DNA of 63,699 bases, the filler included, from Corallochytrium limacisporum Hawaii (lineage: Eukaryota > Protista > Pluriformea): assembly GCA_002811645.1 (NCBI GenBank). It is 4 parts of 4 records of this genome, joined end to end, with 100 filler letters (N's around TTAATTAATTAA, not from the genome) between each part and the next. Parts side by side here need not be neighbours in the genome. Positions count along the whole stretch, not along the records: positions 21,119 to 42,902 come from PDIP01000023.1; positions 43,003 to 60,857 come from PDIP01000079.1; 2 more parts are not named here. One strand, given 5' to 3'. Below, one piece after another: positions 37,013 to 48,716 of the stretch (position 1 is its first letter; every line of letters begins with the position of its first letter). A program made the translations under genes and the position numbers. Below the pieces are notes generated by a model. The model was not told the origin of the DNA and did no database searches. It saw only the letters and a program-made list of their open reading frames with translations.

Positions 37013-39484
37013 TTACAATGGCAGCCTCAGACCTTCAATTATTTGCTTCGCTGCGTGCTCCACAATGGCTGACGCAGACGCAATTTGTGTCTCCGTAAGC
37101 TCTTTATCGTTCGCCAAGAGAGCATCCACAATACCTGCGAAGGCTACGCCTGCGTAGCTGTTGAGGCTGCTAGGGGCAAAGACAATGTGACGGTACCAAG
37201 GTCGCCCTGGCAGACCCATGACATCGATGAAGGAACGCTCTGTCTGGTACAATTTATCGTTCCAGGTGCGGATCTTGAGGACATCTGTCGGATCACCAAG
37301 TTCCAGTAGGGGTCGCTTTGACTCAATGTCATTGTGCAACCGCTTGGCGGCATTCGCAAAAAGGCCGCAGGCCTGCTGAAGGCGATCAAGGGAGATGTCC
37401 ATGGTTTTCAGCTCTTCGCCATAATTATTCTGTAGATCACGAACGTAGGACCTCAGAGCGGTAGCGTAGGTGGTCCAGTTGATCGGAAGGACGCGGTCAG
37501 TTGCGAGCCTAAGGGCCATCACTGCCCACATTTTAGCAACTGCAGCATGAGCTTTGAAGCCAGGGTCAACAAACTTCGACATCCAGTCATAGGAATCATG
37601 GACACTGTGATAGGTAGGATAGGAGCTGACGTCGTACTTCCGCGGGTCCCAATCGAATCGAACCTCAGCGGTCGCCATGCCAATATGCTGCAGGAACACA
37701 GTAAAGTCAGATCCAGAACCTAGCTTCGTGATGCTGGGCATGGCATCCTCGCCCGGAAGTATATCCTGCCAAGCATCGAACAGGGTCGCATATTCGTCAC
37801 TGATGTATGGAATCATCTTTGACGTCTCGTACATGAGATCCTTGAGATTTGGTGATGCTTTGCCCGCCAGAGTTTTGTTGCCCTGCACGGCAATGTCAAC
37901 GTTCAGATAAGCAACTGCTGACTGGCTCAGCTGGGCCCGGTATTGCTCTCCGTACTCGCTGGATCCAATGAGACCCTCTTCCTCAGCATCCCAGGAAGCA
38001 AAGACGATGCTCCTTGCGGGATTCCAGCCACGGTGTCGGAGGAGCGAAAATGTCCGTGCCACTTCCATGAGGCATGCTGTACCCGACGAAGGATCAGAGG
38101 CACCGTAGACCCATGCATCACGGTGATTGCCAAGAATAATTTGACGATCGGGCTCAGAAACGCCATCCATAACACCGATAACATTGTAGATCGGCGAAAG
38201 TGTAATGTTTGAATGCACCTCGAAGTGTGCACTGAGCGTGGTGTCCTCAAACCCGGGCCCCAAGTGATAGGCCGCTTGGAGCCCACCCTTCCATTCCTCG
38301 GGCGCTTCCTCCCCTCCTAGGCGACTCATTACCTCTTCCGCATCACCGTAGCTCATTGGCATTACAGGGATGGTTGGTAGACCCGGTGGATCCGCTAAGT
38401 GTGGGGCACCAGGTGTTGACGGGTACCCAGGCGTTGAAGGATCGCCGACACCCATGTACAGAGATCCCCGCTGGATACCATCCTTGGGTAGCCACCATCC
38501 ATTTGGGTACGCCTCATCCAAGTTGACAGCATAGTCTTCGGGGTCCGAAAAAATGATCAAGCCAGCACATCCGAACGCGGCAGCCTGGGTCGCTTTGTCA
38601 CCTCTGAAAATCTTTCCGTAGCGAGCCAGCGCGATGGTTCCATTCAAGTCGATCTTCTTTTCGTCGACCAGATAGTCAAAGTCCTGTTTCCGGCCATAGT
38701 TGACATACACAATCTTCCCATTCTCGACAGTACCGGTCTTTGCGTAGCCATTGAACGGGGGAGAGACATCAGGGTCATCCTTCTCGGTGCCCAATGGCGA
38801 CTCGCGCTTCTCGGATCGGAAGATGGTACTATTGCCGTCACTAATGCTTAGGAAGTTGTCAGCCGTGGCATTTGGAAAGGGCAACAACACATTATACTCG
38901 ATTATTTCGGCCCGTAGATCTAGGGCCTCAAACTGGTCCTTGATGTACTTTGCAAGTTCGTAGTTGCGCCCCATGCCTGCGACGTGCGCTTTTTCTGTGA
39001 AGTACTTCAGGCTCTCACTGAGGCGATCCTCTGATATACTTTCGACAATGAATGAAGTGTAGTAGCTGACGTCATGCTCAGGAACACCCACGGCATGGCG
39101 CAATTCCGAAAATGCTACTCCACTGAGGAATCCGCTGGCCAGAATGAGAAGCAACACAAAAAAGCTAAATGTCTGCCTTGCTGTGTAACTTGAGAGCCAT
39201 CCCATTTCCATGTCGAACGGCCTAGGACTTCCCCCATTATTTGAAGGGGATCTGGAGCCACCTGCCCTACCAGGGCTCAGCAGATAGTCTGTGTCATTCT
39301 CCTGTTCGTCGTTGGGAAGGCGCAGGTTGGGTACACCATTTCCGTTGTCGTTCACTTCTTCCCGCCCGTTCGCAGGCTCAGGTAATTCGTCTTCCAACTT
39401 CTCATAATCATCAACACGGAAGCGAGGTGCCTTTCCCTTTTGAGAATGGCCCTCTTCCATCTCAAATTCCTCGTCGATGTCCAT
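37013..39484 (-). CDS. Glutamate carboxypeptidase II / NAALADase-like M28B peptidase (type II membrane protein)
   Basis: Single N-proximal TM helix, PA domain (ARYGKIFRGDK), Zn and catalytic motifs GNHRDAW, DPSSGT, WDAEEEGLIGS, YLNVD, YHSVHD, and a TfR-like dimerisation domain (GLPGRPWYRH). Confidence 0.95.
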   Translation of the reverse strand: MDIDEEFEMEEGHSQKGKAPRFRVDDYEKLEDELPEPANGREEVNDNGNGVPNLRLPNDEQENDTDYLLSPGRAGGSRSPSNNGGSPRPFDMEMGWLSSYTARQTFSFFVLLLILASGFLSGVAFSELRHAVGVPEHDVSYYTSFIVESISEDRLSESLKYFTEKAHVAGMGRNYELAKYIKDQFEALDLRAEIIEYNVLLPFPNATADNFLSISDGNSTIFRSEKRESPLGTEKDDPDVSPPFNGYAKTGTVENGKIVYVNYGRKQDFDYLVDEKKIDLNGTIALARYGKIFRGDKATQAAAFGCAGLIIFSDPEDYAVNLDEAYPNGWWLPKDGIQRGSLYMGVGDPSTPGYPSTPGAPHLADPPGLPTIPVMPMSYGDAEEVMSRLGGEEAPEEWKGGLQAAYHLGPGFEDTTLSAHFEVHSNITLSPIYNVIGVMDGVSEPDRQIILGNHRDAWVYGASDPSSGTACLMEVARTFSLLRHRGWNPARSIVFASWDAEEEGLIGSSEYGEQYRAQLSQSAVAYLNVDIAVQGNKTLAGKASPNLKDLMYETSKMIPYISDEYATLFDAWQDILPGEDAMPSITKLGSGSDFTVFLQHIGMATAEVRFDWDPRKYDVSSYPTYHSVHDSYDWMSKFVDPGFKAHAAVAKMWAVMALRLATDRVLPINWTTYATALRSYVRDLQNNYGEELKTMDISLDRLQQACGLFANAAKRLHNDIESKRPLLELGDPTDVLKIRTWNDKLYQTERSFIDVMGLPGRPWYRHIVFAPSSLNSYAGVAFAGIVDALLANDKELTETQIASASAIVEHAAKQIIEGLRLPL

Positions 39485-39987
39485 TTTGAACTACTTGTGT
39501 GATGTCGGAGATGTGAAGGTGTCAACCGAATGTATTCACTCTTTTGCTGAGGATCCCATCTTTGTAGTATTTATCCAACACTTTAGTTGTCATGTCAAAA
39601 AGCTTGTCTGATTGACTCCAAACTAAACTCGAAGTCATGGTTTTTCTAAATAGCTAACAAAAGACTAGAGTCTCAAAAAAGGAACAACAGAACCTCTGAT
39701 TCTGCGGAGGGTCTCACCTCCGGAGTTGCTACGCTTCCCTCCCCCACCGCCGACGTCCGGGAGGGCCCCGGAGGCCCGTTGCTACAAACCGCTACAAATA
39801 GTAGCAAAGCCCGCACGTTCCCGATCGAGAGATATAGAAAGGGTGGCTCCAAATCCGGACTGGCTCTGCACCTGAGGTTTCTGAAGCTCACTTTCCTGAC
39901 CATTTACATGGACTTAAATATGCTAATAATTTTTATGTGTTAGTCTTATTGTGTTACGTTAATCATACCAAGTGCAATTCAAACAAT

Positions 39988-40968
39988 TCATCCTGTGACG
40001 GCCACCCGGTTAATGACGACGTGCTTGGGAGCAACTTCTACAAGCTGGGCAATCAACCCAACAACCTTTGTCTCGTTCAGGGTTGCAGATGTCAACTGAC
40101 ATGACACCTGCAGGATGTATGCCTGTCCGTTGTAATGCGCCTGCATGTTGGTCTCATCAAATACCCAGCGGCTCTGTCCCGTGCTGAGGAAGAACTGTTT
40201 CACGGCCTGACTACCCTGTACGTACTGTCCTGCGAATTCTGCCTCCACATTGGGGTCGAATAGCTGCTCAAGGGCCTCTTGGGCGTTTGGATCTCCAAGT
40301 TGGTTCATGATTTCTGAGAAGGCCGTCAGGAAGGCCATGGACAGCTGGCGAGGATCGATGGGCTCCGGGTGGCTGCCTCGCCGCGCGTTTTGCGATTCTA
40401 CGATGAATTGTTGGGATTCTTCCTGCGACAGCAGCTGCAACCCACCAGAACCCCCGTTTGCTGCAATCATAGGCTTCTGTGGATTTGCCCCGAAGACGAA
40501 ACTGCCTGGAATCGCGAGGATATGAATCGTGTTGTGGACCTGCCGATTGTCATTGTACTGGTGATGGTTGTGAGTAACATGCTGATGGAAGTTGAACGTA
40601 ATGCTGGTCGGTGCTGATGGGGCGCTGTTCGACTCATTCTTTGACGATACCTTTTTGTCTCGTGAATTGGCAAGACTCAACAATCTTGTGCGCTCTCGAT
40701 TCCCACACTGAGGTGAACATCCGCACAGTTTCTCATCACACGGTGCTCCTGCCTTGCGGCATTCACAACCGCCTCCCAAACAGCCTTGCTGGCAAGAGCA
40801 TGTTGGCAAGTTGACGCACCCTCTTCCCTCAGACGAACAGCATTTGCACAAGATTGCAGAGCACTTAATGCCAAGCCGTCTACAACTGCAGTGATTTGTT
40901 GCGCATGCGCCAGCCTTGCAACCGCAACCAGGCACCTTTATCCGGCTACTCTCATTCACATCACTCAT
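39988..40968 (-). CDS. Protein with two tesmin/TSO1-like CXC Cys clusters and a C-terminal NTF2-like domain
   Basis: CGCKAGACATNHCSCRRLGIKCSAILCKC..CVN and CSCQQGCLGGGCECRKAGAPCDEKLCGCSPQCGN. The C-terminal AFLTAFSEIMN..LEQLFDP....FAGQYVQGSQAV..F pattern is typical of NTF2-like folds. Confidence 0.75.
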   Translation of the reverse strand: MSDVNESSRIKVPGCGCKAGACATNHCSCRRLGIKCSAILCKCCSSEGRGCVNLPTCSCQQGCLGGGCECRKAGAPCDEKLCGCSPQCGNRERTRLLSLANSRDKKVSSKNESNSAPSAPTSITFNFHQHVTHNHHQYNDNRQVHNTIHILAIPGSFVFGANPQKPMIAANGGSGGLQLLSQEESQQFIVESQNARRGSHPEPIDPRQLSMAFLTAFSEIMNQLGDPNAQEALEQLFDPNVEAEFAGQYVQGSQAVKQFFLSTGQSRWVFDETNMQAHYNGQAYILQVSCQLTSATLNETKVVGLIAQLVEVAPKHVVINRVAVTG

Positions 40969-41049
40969 TTTCTAAATGATGTAATGGCTGGTAACATGTC
41001 TGTGTTCTAAATTCTTTAAACTGTGTGTTCTTCGCTTTCTGATAGCTCA

Positions 41050-42430
41050 CCCTGTAGTCATAATTCCCTCGTTTCCGGACGACTCTCCCGTTCTGATATC
41101 TCTCATTTTGGATGCGAACTATATAATGACATTGATTGTGACTTGGGACTCATCAAATACCTCGAGTGCAAGCGTGCACGACATTGCCGTAACATTACTA
41201 AATTGTCCAGGAGGCTTCACCTGTCGCGTCCTCGGACTTGCAATCACACCGTGACATAACAATGTCGCCCTGCTTGCTGCATCAATCCGAACCCATTCGC
41301 TGTTTTCGGGAAGAAAAAACAGCCGGGGCAAAAAAGGCCAACAGCAGTGGCCATTGGCCCAGAATCCAAGGGAAAACACCGGGCTAGGAGGGAAGGCGGT
41401 AAAACTTCAGCGGGTTCCCTCTCTCACCGGAGGAGTGCGAATTCTACCCGGGAACAGCCACGAAATATTTTCATTACACGATTGCGGTTGGATGGAACAT
41501 TTCTGTCTGTATTTTTTTTCTCTGGTTGGAGGAGGAGAGGGAGTTTTTTTCTTTGTGTTCGGACCCGACAGGAAGGGAGGGGACCCAGGCAGAAAATCTC
41601 TTATGGTGCAAAAGATTCCTGGAGGGCTCCCGGGATACTATTCTAAACGATCAATATTATTCTTCATCGCATGAACGTGGCTGTAGAATATAAGTATATT
41701 GATAAATATCACGACATACCTAAATCACATACTGGCATAGCGAAAATAATCAATAAAAATTACGTTGGGGCTTTCCATTACACAGTGCGCAGAGAGGCCC
41801 CCCCCCCAATAGTCATGACCTGCGTCCATACGAAAAGCCCTTTGGAGAGTTTCGCCCTGCTGCGCTGTTTCTCTCCGCTGTCGTGTTCTCAGCTTTTTCC
41901 AAACTTTTTCTTCTCCTTTGTTTCAAAGTTTGGGTCAACCCCCCCTCCTTCTCTCCTCCATAACACAGGCCGCCCCCGTGGCCTCCGTTCTCCCCACCAA
42001 ATCGCCAGACCCGGAACCGTCGCTGATTCGCAAGGAAGCAATTCTAAAAATAGCTGAGTAATGAATGTATCGAAGTCTTCGTACCAAGCGATCGCATGGG
42101 GCATGGCATGTAGAGAAAGTTCTGGTGCCCCGATCCGTTTTGCAACCATGGCACTAAGCTGTGCAGATGGTGCGGCATGATCATTCTCCAGGCAAAGTGT
42201 ACTGAAATAACCAGGGTACCGTCCTACTTTACATCTTATCACGAGGTTCAGGTTTCTCCTGAGTTCTTGTCTCACCTTCCAATCCGTGATGATGGTGATG
42301 ATGATTGCGGCCTGACAAACGTGTCCCGTCGCTCCCAGGTCGAGGTCTGTGTTCCGCTTGCCTTCTCATTTGGCTTTGGAACGATGAGGCTGGCTTTTGG
42401 TGGACTGGAAGGAAGAAAACGGCAGAAGGA
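41050..42430 (-). mobile_element. Degenerate Ty3/gypsy RT-RNaseH relic
   Basis: FLPSSPPKASLIVPKPNE (cf. PSxSPWASP++VPKKDG); GYFSTLCL...HAMPHAI...FITQLF (cf. YFSTLDL...MPFGL); VRIDAAS (cf. TDAS) near 41280. Confidence 0.55.
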
Positions 42431-42794
42431 CACACACAACGGACGCAGGAACCATAGACTTGCATAAGAAATTCACCGCGGATAAAGCAGCATTGAGAAA
42501 CGCACATCGCGCGCGCACACATATACACACACACAGAGGCGCCGGATATGGAGCAAGGTATCACTGAAAGCAAGATTCACAAGAAGGACACAATAACGGG
42601 GGGCCAGAAACGGGGAACCATCGGGGACCTTGCTTGACCCATGTGGAGTTGTGACCCCAGAGATAGGGCCCACAGACACAGAGAGAGAGATGAGAGATGA
42701 GAGACAGAGAGAGCAAAGGCCGCGGTTAAGTTCCCCACTGGCCCAGTGTTAACTTTCTCATGCTTTGCTCTTGTTCGGCCCTCGAGTTTTGTGG

Positions 42795-42902
42795 TACCAC
42801 CCTCTGTCTGAGAATATTGTATCAAATCTACTCTTTTTGATTTAGCTCTGCCGTCGCTTGGGAGAGCGGGAAAATTTTGACAGATTCGAACTCAGCACCC
42901 TC
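42795..42902 (+). mobile_element. Terminus of a young dispersed repeat (putative Tc1/mariner-type TIR, TA + CCACCCTCTGT), cut by the contig end
   Basis: 42797-42869 is 71/73 identical to 60785-60857. Both are preceded by TA and run into contig ends. Confidence 0.65.
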
Positions 42903-43002
42903 NNNNNNNNNNNNNNNNNNNNNNNNNNNNNNNNNNNNNNNNNNNNTTAATTAATTAANNNNNNNNNNNNNNNNNNNNNNNNNNNNNNNNNNNNNNNNNN
43001 NN
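42903..43002. other. Artificial contig linker
   Basis: N44-TTAATTAATTAA-N44. Confidence 0.95.
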
Positions 43003-44080
43003 CCCCCCCCGGGGTGGGTTGGTTGGTGAAGGAGAAAGGGGAGGCAAACACACACACCCCGGGGGGCGAGGAAGGGGAGGTGGTCCCCAACCTCCGGTTA
43101 AAAGCAGTGCTCCTTGTATTATTAGCACTGGGGGATAACTTCCAAATTTCATCGGGCAGTGCCAAAAGAGAGTGACTTCTGGTATCAACCACATCGAGTA
43201 TGAACACGGGGCGCGTCTACCCCAGTCTCCCATTTGCTACCTGGGGCGGGACCAACGGGCCGAGAATTTAAAAAAAACTGCAGTGGGTCCAGTATACAAT
43301 TTCCCCGCTTCGTGGAACACACGCGTGTCCAGGTGTGTGTAATTTTGCAGAGGAAGAAAAAAATTTATGGCAACGGAGGAAAACCCTCAGCGCACACAGC
43401 AAGCTTAAACCGTAGTGGGGGGGGGTGGGTTAAGGGACGGGAAGGGGCAGTGAGAGTGGGCCTCCACGGGGTTCGCGGTCCCTGATTGGCTGAATCCCCA
43501 TCTCCTCCTCCCCTCCACTCCAGCTTCTCCTCGCGGGGAAGGGAAGGGCCCCCCGCCCCGTGGAGAAGGGGGGGGGGTGTGGAGGACTCGGTGGCCCGGG
43601 TCGACTTTATGTTTTTAGGTTTTGGTAAAACACACCTGGGGAAGGGGAGGAGCGTGGAGGGCAGAATGGGACAGAGGACACAGTGGACGGAAGGGAACTA
43701 TTGATCTGCCGCCCCGGGGTGGGTGGCGGACGAGGTAAGGCGGGCGACGCCTTGGTTTGCCGATGGGAGGCATGTACGTCCTGGACCGTGCCGCCACGAT
43801 TGGATCATGTCCAGGGACGTGGACAAAGGTGGTGACGTCTTATGGGCGCGCAGCCTAGGAATCTCAATGGTCCTGTGACGGATACAGAAACAAGTGTCGG
43901 TTTCTATTGAAATGATTTGTGTGTGTGTGTGTATGTGTGTGTGTCTGCTTGGCAGTAAATCATTGTTTGCATCTAAACTGTGGTGGTTGGCGAACAGAAC
44001 TTCAAAATGAAAGCCTTGTTGAGGATGCTTATGTTCATGGACCAAGGGGAAACACTTGTTTTTGAAAAGAATTCGCCGTT

Positions 44081-47000
44081 CTAGAAACTCTTCACCCGGT
44101 TCAGCTGTGATGTGCTCGGCTTGGTGACACCGGGCTGGCTGCGTGGATTGTGGAGCAAAGCCCTTGAGCGAGTGCGCTGGAGCAGGGTGTTGAATGCTGC
44201 CTTTTGGACAGGGCCGCTCTGGTTGGCCTTCAGCTGGTGCAGGCTCAGCTGGCTCAGGTTCAGGCTGCGGTAATGGTGCAGTCCGGCGATGCCTGGCTCC
44301 TTGGGTTCCCTCTGGCATTTCTCTACAGCACCCATGATGACACGGAAGATGGAGCACAGGGGCAGAGTCACGCCGCCAATAATCAGACAGGCTAGCCACT
44401 CCTCGAGATTGAGTTGGATTGTGTTGGTAAAATCACCGCAGTACTGGACAATGATGATCTGGATGACAAAGATAATTATGATGATACTCAAAAAGAGCCA
44501 ATTGCTGAACAATCCCTTGAACGGGTTGGGTTCGTGGTCCAGATGACGGGCCAGAATCTCGTTGTTGATCTGCAGCATGACGAAGAGGTTAAAGACGATG
44601 GTATTGATGGTCATGGTATCGTCGTCATCAACGCCCAGGGCACGGTAACCAACAAACAGCATAATCAACAGCACTGTGCTCTGCCAGATCAGGTGGAAGC
44701 AGACGTAGTGCAACATAGTACGAGTCAGTAGGTGCTCGTCACGAGTGTGGGGTTCTCGCTGCATCACATCCTTGCTAGGTTCATCAGTGGCCAGTGCCAA
44801 GGCCCCAAGAGTATCCATAATCAGGTTGACCCACAGCAACTGCACGGGACCCAGAGGGGATTCCCCGGTAACGACGGCGCCCACAAATGTTACAATGATG
44901 GCGACCAAGTTGACGGAAAGCTGGAACTGCAGGAACTTACGAATGCAGTCAAATACGTTGCGACCCCAGCGGATGGCCTTAACTATAGAGCTGAAATTGT
45001 CATCGAGCAACACAATATCGGAGGCGTTCTTGGCAATCTGCGTACCAGACTGTCCCATGGCGAAGCCAACATCGGCTTCCTTCAAGGCAGGGGCATCGTT
45101 GGTGCCGTCACCAGTCACAGCCACGACCTCACCACGCGCCTTCAGGCGTTTCACCAACTCGTACTTGTCCGCTGGGGAAGACCGTGCCAGTACCTGCAGC
45201 TGATCAACCTTATCCTCCTTTTCATCGTCGCTCAAAGCACGCCACACCGGACCTTCCATGGCGATACCCTTGTCATTGTAGATCCCACACTCCTGAGCAA
45301 TCTTCTTGGCAGTTAGAATGTTGTCACCGGTAACCATGCGCACTGTGAGACCAGCACGGTGGCACGCAGCAACTGCTTCGGGGACCTCTGCTCGGACAGG
45401 ATCCTTGATGCCGACCAGACAGACAAAAATCAGGTCGTTCTCCACCTCGGCGGCCTCCTGCGGGCACATGGTAACATCACGATAGGCCAGGACAAGGGTA
45501 CGCAGACCCTCGCCGGCCAACTCGTTCACAGTATCCGTAGCCATTTTCTTGAAGTCCGCATTCATGGGCATGATCTCCCCGTCACGCTTTTGAATCCTCG
45601 TGCACAGACCCAGTACAATTTCGGACGCACCCTTCAGGTACACTCGGTACGACCCATCCGGTTTGGAAACAGTGGTGCTCATGCGCTTGCGGTCGGAAGT
45701 GAAGGCAAAGACGGCCTCCTCGATCACGGGCACCTTCTCTCGCACCTCGACGTAGTTAACGCCCATACGCTTGGCCCAGTAAAGCAGAGCACCCTCAGTC
45801 GCGGAGCCAACGAATGTGGGCAGGGTCTCACCGGGCTCCTGCTTGATGAAGGCGGTAGAGTTGACACAGATACCATCTGCGAGAATCTTGAATACTTCGC
45901 CGGTGGCGCCGTGGTCGGAAATATTCTTGGGGTCCAAGCGCTCAGTGCCCAACACACACTCGACCACGGTCATCCTGTTCTCGGTTAGAGTACCCGTCTT
46001 GTCCGAGCAAATGCAGGTAGCTTCACCCATGGTCTCAGAGGCGGACAAATGGCGAACAAAGTTCTGATCCTTGATCATCTTGACCATGGAGTACGCAAGG
46101 GATATGGTGACGGCCAGAGGCAGTCCCTCCGGCACGGCGACGACGACAATGGAGACAGCAAGGATGAAGTAATCGAGCAGGTCCAGAAGGAAGCTCCAGT
46201 CCCAAGTCTTCTCGGAGATCTCAACAATCCACCGAATTGTCAGACCACCGAAAGTGAGGGCACCAGCCACCAGGCCAATGTAACCAATGAGAATTGCAAA
46301 CACGGCAAGCTTCTCTTGCAAAGGAGTGTCCTGCCCCTGTTCGGCATTGAGCATCTCCTGAATTTTGCCACCACTAGAGTGAGGACCAACACCAGTGATG
46401 ACCATAGTACCCCAACCATTGCTGACCTGACACCCGCTGAACAGAAAGGGCTTCTGGCGGCTCTTCTTCACGGGCACGGTCTCGCCGGTCAGCGGGGACT
46501 CATCGATGGTCAGATGGGTACCAGTAATCATAATACCGTCCGCTAGAATCTCATCACCCATAGCTAGAGACACAACATCACCAACGCAAAGATCCCAGGA
46601 AGAAATCTGGTCCTCTTCACCACCGCGGAAGACCTTCGCGCTCTTATCAGACTGCAGCAACAACATGGCACGGAACTTCTGGTCCTTCTGATAATCGTTC
46701 CCGGCTGTAACTGCGACCACAATGAAGACAGCAATAAAAATGGCAACGCCCTCAATCCAACCGTTGGAAGGATGTGTGATAGTTCCCGCAATGAGAATAA
46801 TGATGGCGCCGCCCAGCAATAGTTGCAAGATGCGGTCCTGGAAGGCCTCGAGAACAAGACCAAAGATGGTTTTGGAGGGCGGCGGAGGGATGACGTTCTT
46901 GCCAAACCACGCACGGCGGCCGTCGAAATCATCATTCTTGGCAATGCCCTTGTGTGGATGGGACTCCAGCCTCTGCATCAGTACCTCTACACCACCCTCA

Positions 47001-47251
47001 TCCTCCAGCCGTCGAACCTGCTCGGGGTCTTCACGGTCGTCAAAGTCGACGATATCACCCAAGTCTTCCTTTGTGATGTCGAAAATGCGGGGGTGTGTAG
47101 ATCTGCCGAGGCTGAAGAGCGATCCCTTGCTCTTAGACCTCGGCCGCCTCGCAGCAGCAGAGGTCGAGGGCTGTCCAATGATGGGGCCATCACTGGCCTT
47201 GTCATCCGTGGGCTCGGGTTCAGGCAGAATCTCACTCCACCCCTGCTTCAT
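44081..47251 (-). CDS. PMCA: P2B-type (PMCA) calcium-transporting ATPase
   Basis: TGET, VVAVPEGLPLAVT, phosphorylation site CSDKTGTLT, KGASE, MVTGDN, VTGDGTNDAPAL, QFQLSVN, LWVNLIMDT. Confidence 0.95.
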   Translation of the reverse strand: MKQGWSEILPEPEPTDDKASDGPIIGQPSTSAAARRPRSKSKGSLFSLGRSTHPRIFDITKEDLGDIVDFDDREDPEQVRRLEDEGGVEVLMQRLESHPHKGIAKNDDFDGRRAWFGKNVIPPPPSKTIFGLVLEAFQDRILQLLLGGAIIILIAGTITHPSNGWIEGVAIFIAVFIVVAVTAGNDYQKDQKFRAMLLLQSDKSAKVFRGGEEDQISSWDLCVGDVVSLAMGDEILADGIMITGTHLTIDESPLTGETVPVKKSRQKPFLFSGCQVSNGWGTMVITGVGPHSSGGKIQEMLNAEQGQDTPLQEKLAVFAILIGYIGLVAGALTFGGLTIRWIVEISEKTWDWSFLLDLLDYFILAVSIVVVAVPEGLPLAVTISLAYSMVKMIKDQNFVRHLSASETMGEATCICSDKTGTLTENRMTVVECVLGTERLDPKNISDHGATGEVFKILADGICVNSTAFIKQEPGETLPTFVGSATEGALLYWAKRMGVNYVEVREKVPVIEEAVFAFTSDRKRMSTTVSKPDGSYRVYLKGASEIVLGLCTRIQKRDGEIMPMNADFKKMATDTVNELAGEGLRTLVLAYRDVTMCPQEAAEVENDLIFVCLVGIKDPVRAEVPEAVAACHRAGLTVRMVTGDNILTAKKIAQECGIYNDKGIAMEGPVWRALSDDEKEDKVDQLQVLARSSPADKYELVKRLKARGEVVAVTGDGTNDAPALKEADVGFAMGQSGTQIAKNASDIVLLDDNFSSIVKAIRWGRNVFDCIRKFLQFQLSVNLVAIIVTFVGAVVTGESPLGPVQLLWVNLIMDTLGALALATDEPSKDVMQREPHTRDEHLLTRTMLHYVCFHLIWQSTVLLIMLFVGYRALGVDDDDTMTINTIVFNLFVMLQINNEILARHLDHEPNPFKGLFSNWLFLSIIIIIFVIQIIIVQYCGDFTNTIQLNLEEWLACLIIGGVTLPLCSIFRVIMGAVEKCQREPKEPGIAGLHHYRSLNLSQLSLHQLKANQSGPVQKAAFNTLLQRTRSRALLHNPRSQPGVTKPSTSQLNRVKSF

Positions 47252-48641
47252 TTTGGGTAATCACTCAATGAGACCAGGCCCAGTCTTTCGTTTCTAGCTC
47301 TAAAGACTTGCCAGTTCCCAGAACTATCCTGAACGTCTCTTGAACTACCGTAGACGTTCAGATTGGTGTGAGTGTTGCTGTTCCAGACGGGCTTGGTAGT
47401 CACGTCTGAGGGTTGATCTGGTTTACAATGTAAAAAGGCCCTGTACAGGATTGTCACAAACCCGACAGAATGGGGCTCTTCTTGTGTGGCAAACTCGCCT
47501 ATTTCGCTTTAGTGAAACGTAGGTTACACAAATTCTCGTGAAGTATACCCTTATAGCATGGGGATTTTCGTTTCAGATTCCCAAATCTCTTAAGTACCAT
47601 AGCATCGAGGTCACCGATGACGTATGGGAGTGCGCACTAGTCAAAGAAGTGTTGCTGTCTCCTGCTTACGAAAGCACAAAGAGAGACCACGAACAATGTG
47701 TAGAAGGTGGTGCAAACTGTGACATTGACAAGCAACCAAAACCGTAATAGACGGTTCATTTGTACCGAAGAACGAAATTGGGAAGCACCGAAGACTTCCA
47801 AGATCTTCGGGGCAGTGCTCACTGTTCCTCCCCACCCCTCCCTCCCTCTCGCTCCCTTCCACCATACCCAATCTACCGCTGCCAGTTTCTGGATCACCAC
47901 AAAAGCCCCCCCCCCCCCCTTCCCTCTCCCTCCCCTCCCCACTNNNNNNNNNNNNNNNNNNNNNNNNNNNNNNNNNNNNNNNNNNNNNNNNNNNNNNNNN
48001 NNNNNNNNNNNNNNNNNNNNNNNNNNNNNNNNNNNNNNNNNNNNNNNNNNNNNNNNNNNNNNNNNNNNNNNNNNNNNNNNNNNNNNNNNNNNNNNNNNNN
48101 NNNNNNNNNNNNNNNNNNNNNNNNNNNNNNNNNNNNNNNNNNNNNNNNNNNNNNNNNNNNNNNNNNNNNNNNNNNNNNNNNNNNNNNNNNNNNNNNNNNN
48201 NNNNNNNNNNNNNNNNNNNNNNNNNNNNNNNCCCTCTCCCTCCCCTCCCCACTCCTTCGCCCTCCCTCCCCCCGTGTCGTGCTCCCTCCTCCCCGCACTC
48301 GGTTGGAGACCGAATCCGACTCCCCCTCCCACCCAAAGGGGGGGGTTTTTCTATTTTCTCTAGAGCGCGGCCAGCCCCGAAAAAGACCGCCCACCCTTCC
48401 TCCAACCCGAAGTTGGTACCATCGTCGATGCCCAAAGCGCATCGGCCCCGACTGAATTCTAGGGGTCCGTACGAATGGAGACGGTCGGTCCCCCCCGGGG
48501 GGTGCCTTCCTTTGGCCTGGTCTTTTTGGAGAGTTCGTTGCCTACTCTTCCCCTACGGCGGCGCGCAAAGGAAGAAGGGGAGTTGGTTGGTTGGTTGGGT
48601 GAGTGGTTGGTTGGAGAGATGTGCCGGGAATGCGCTCGCCG

Positions 48642-48644
<3 letters not shown>

Positions 48645-48713
<69 letters not shown>
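48645..48713. repeat. (CA)n microsatellite
   Basis: Directly visible run of more than 30 units. Confidence 0.95.
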
Positions 48714-48716
<3 letters not shown>

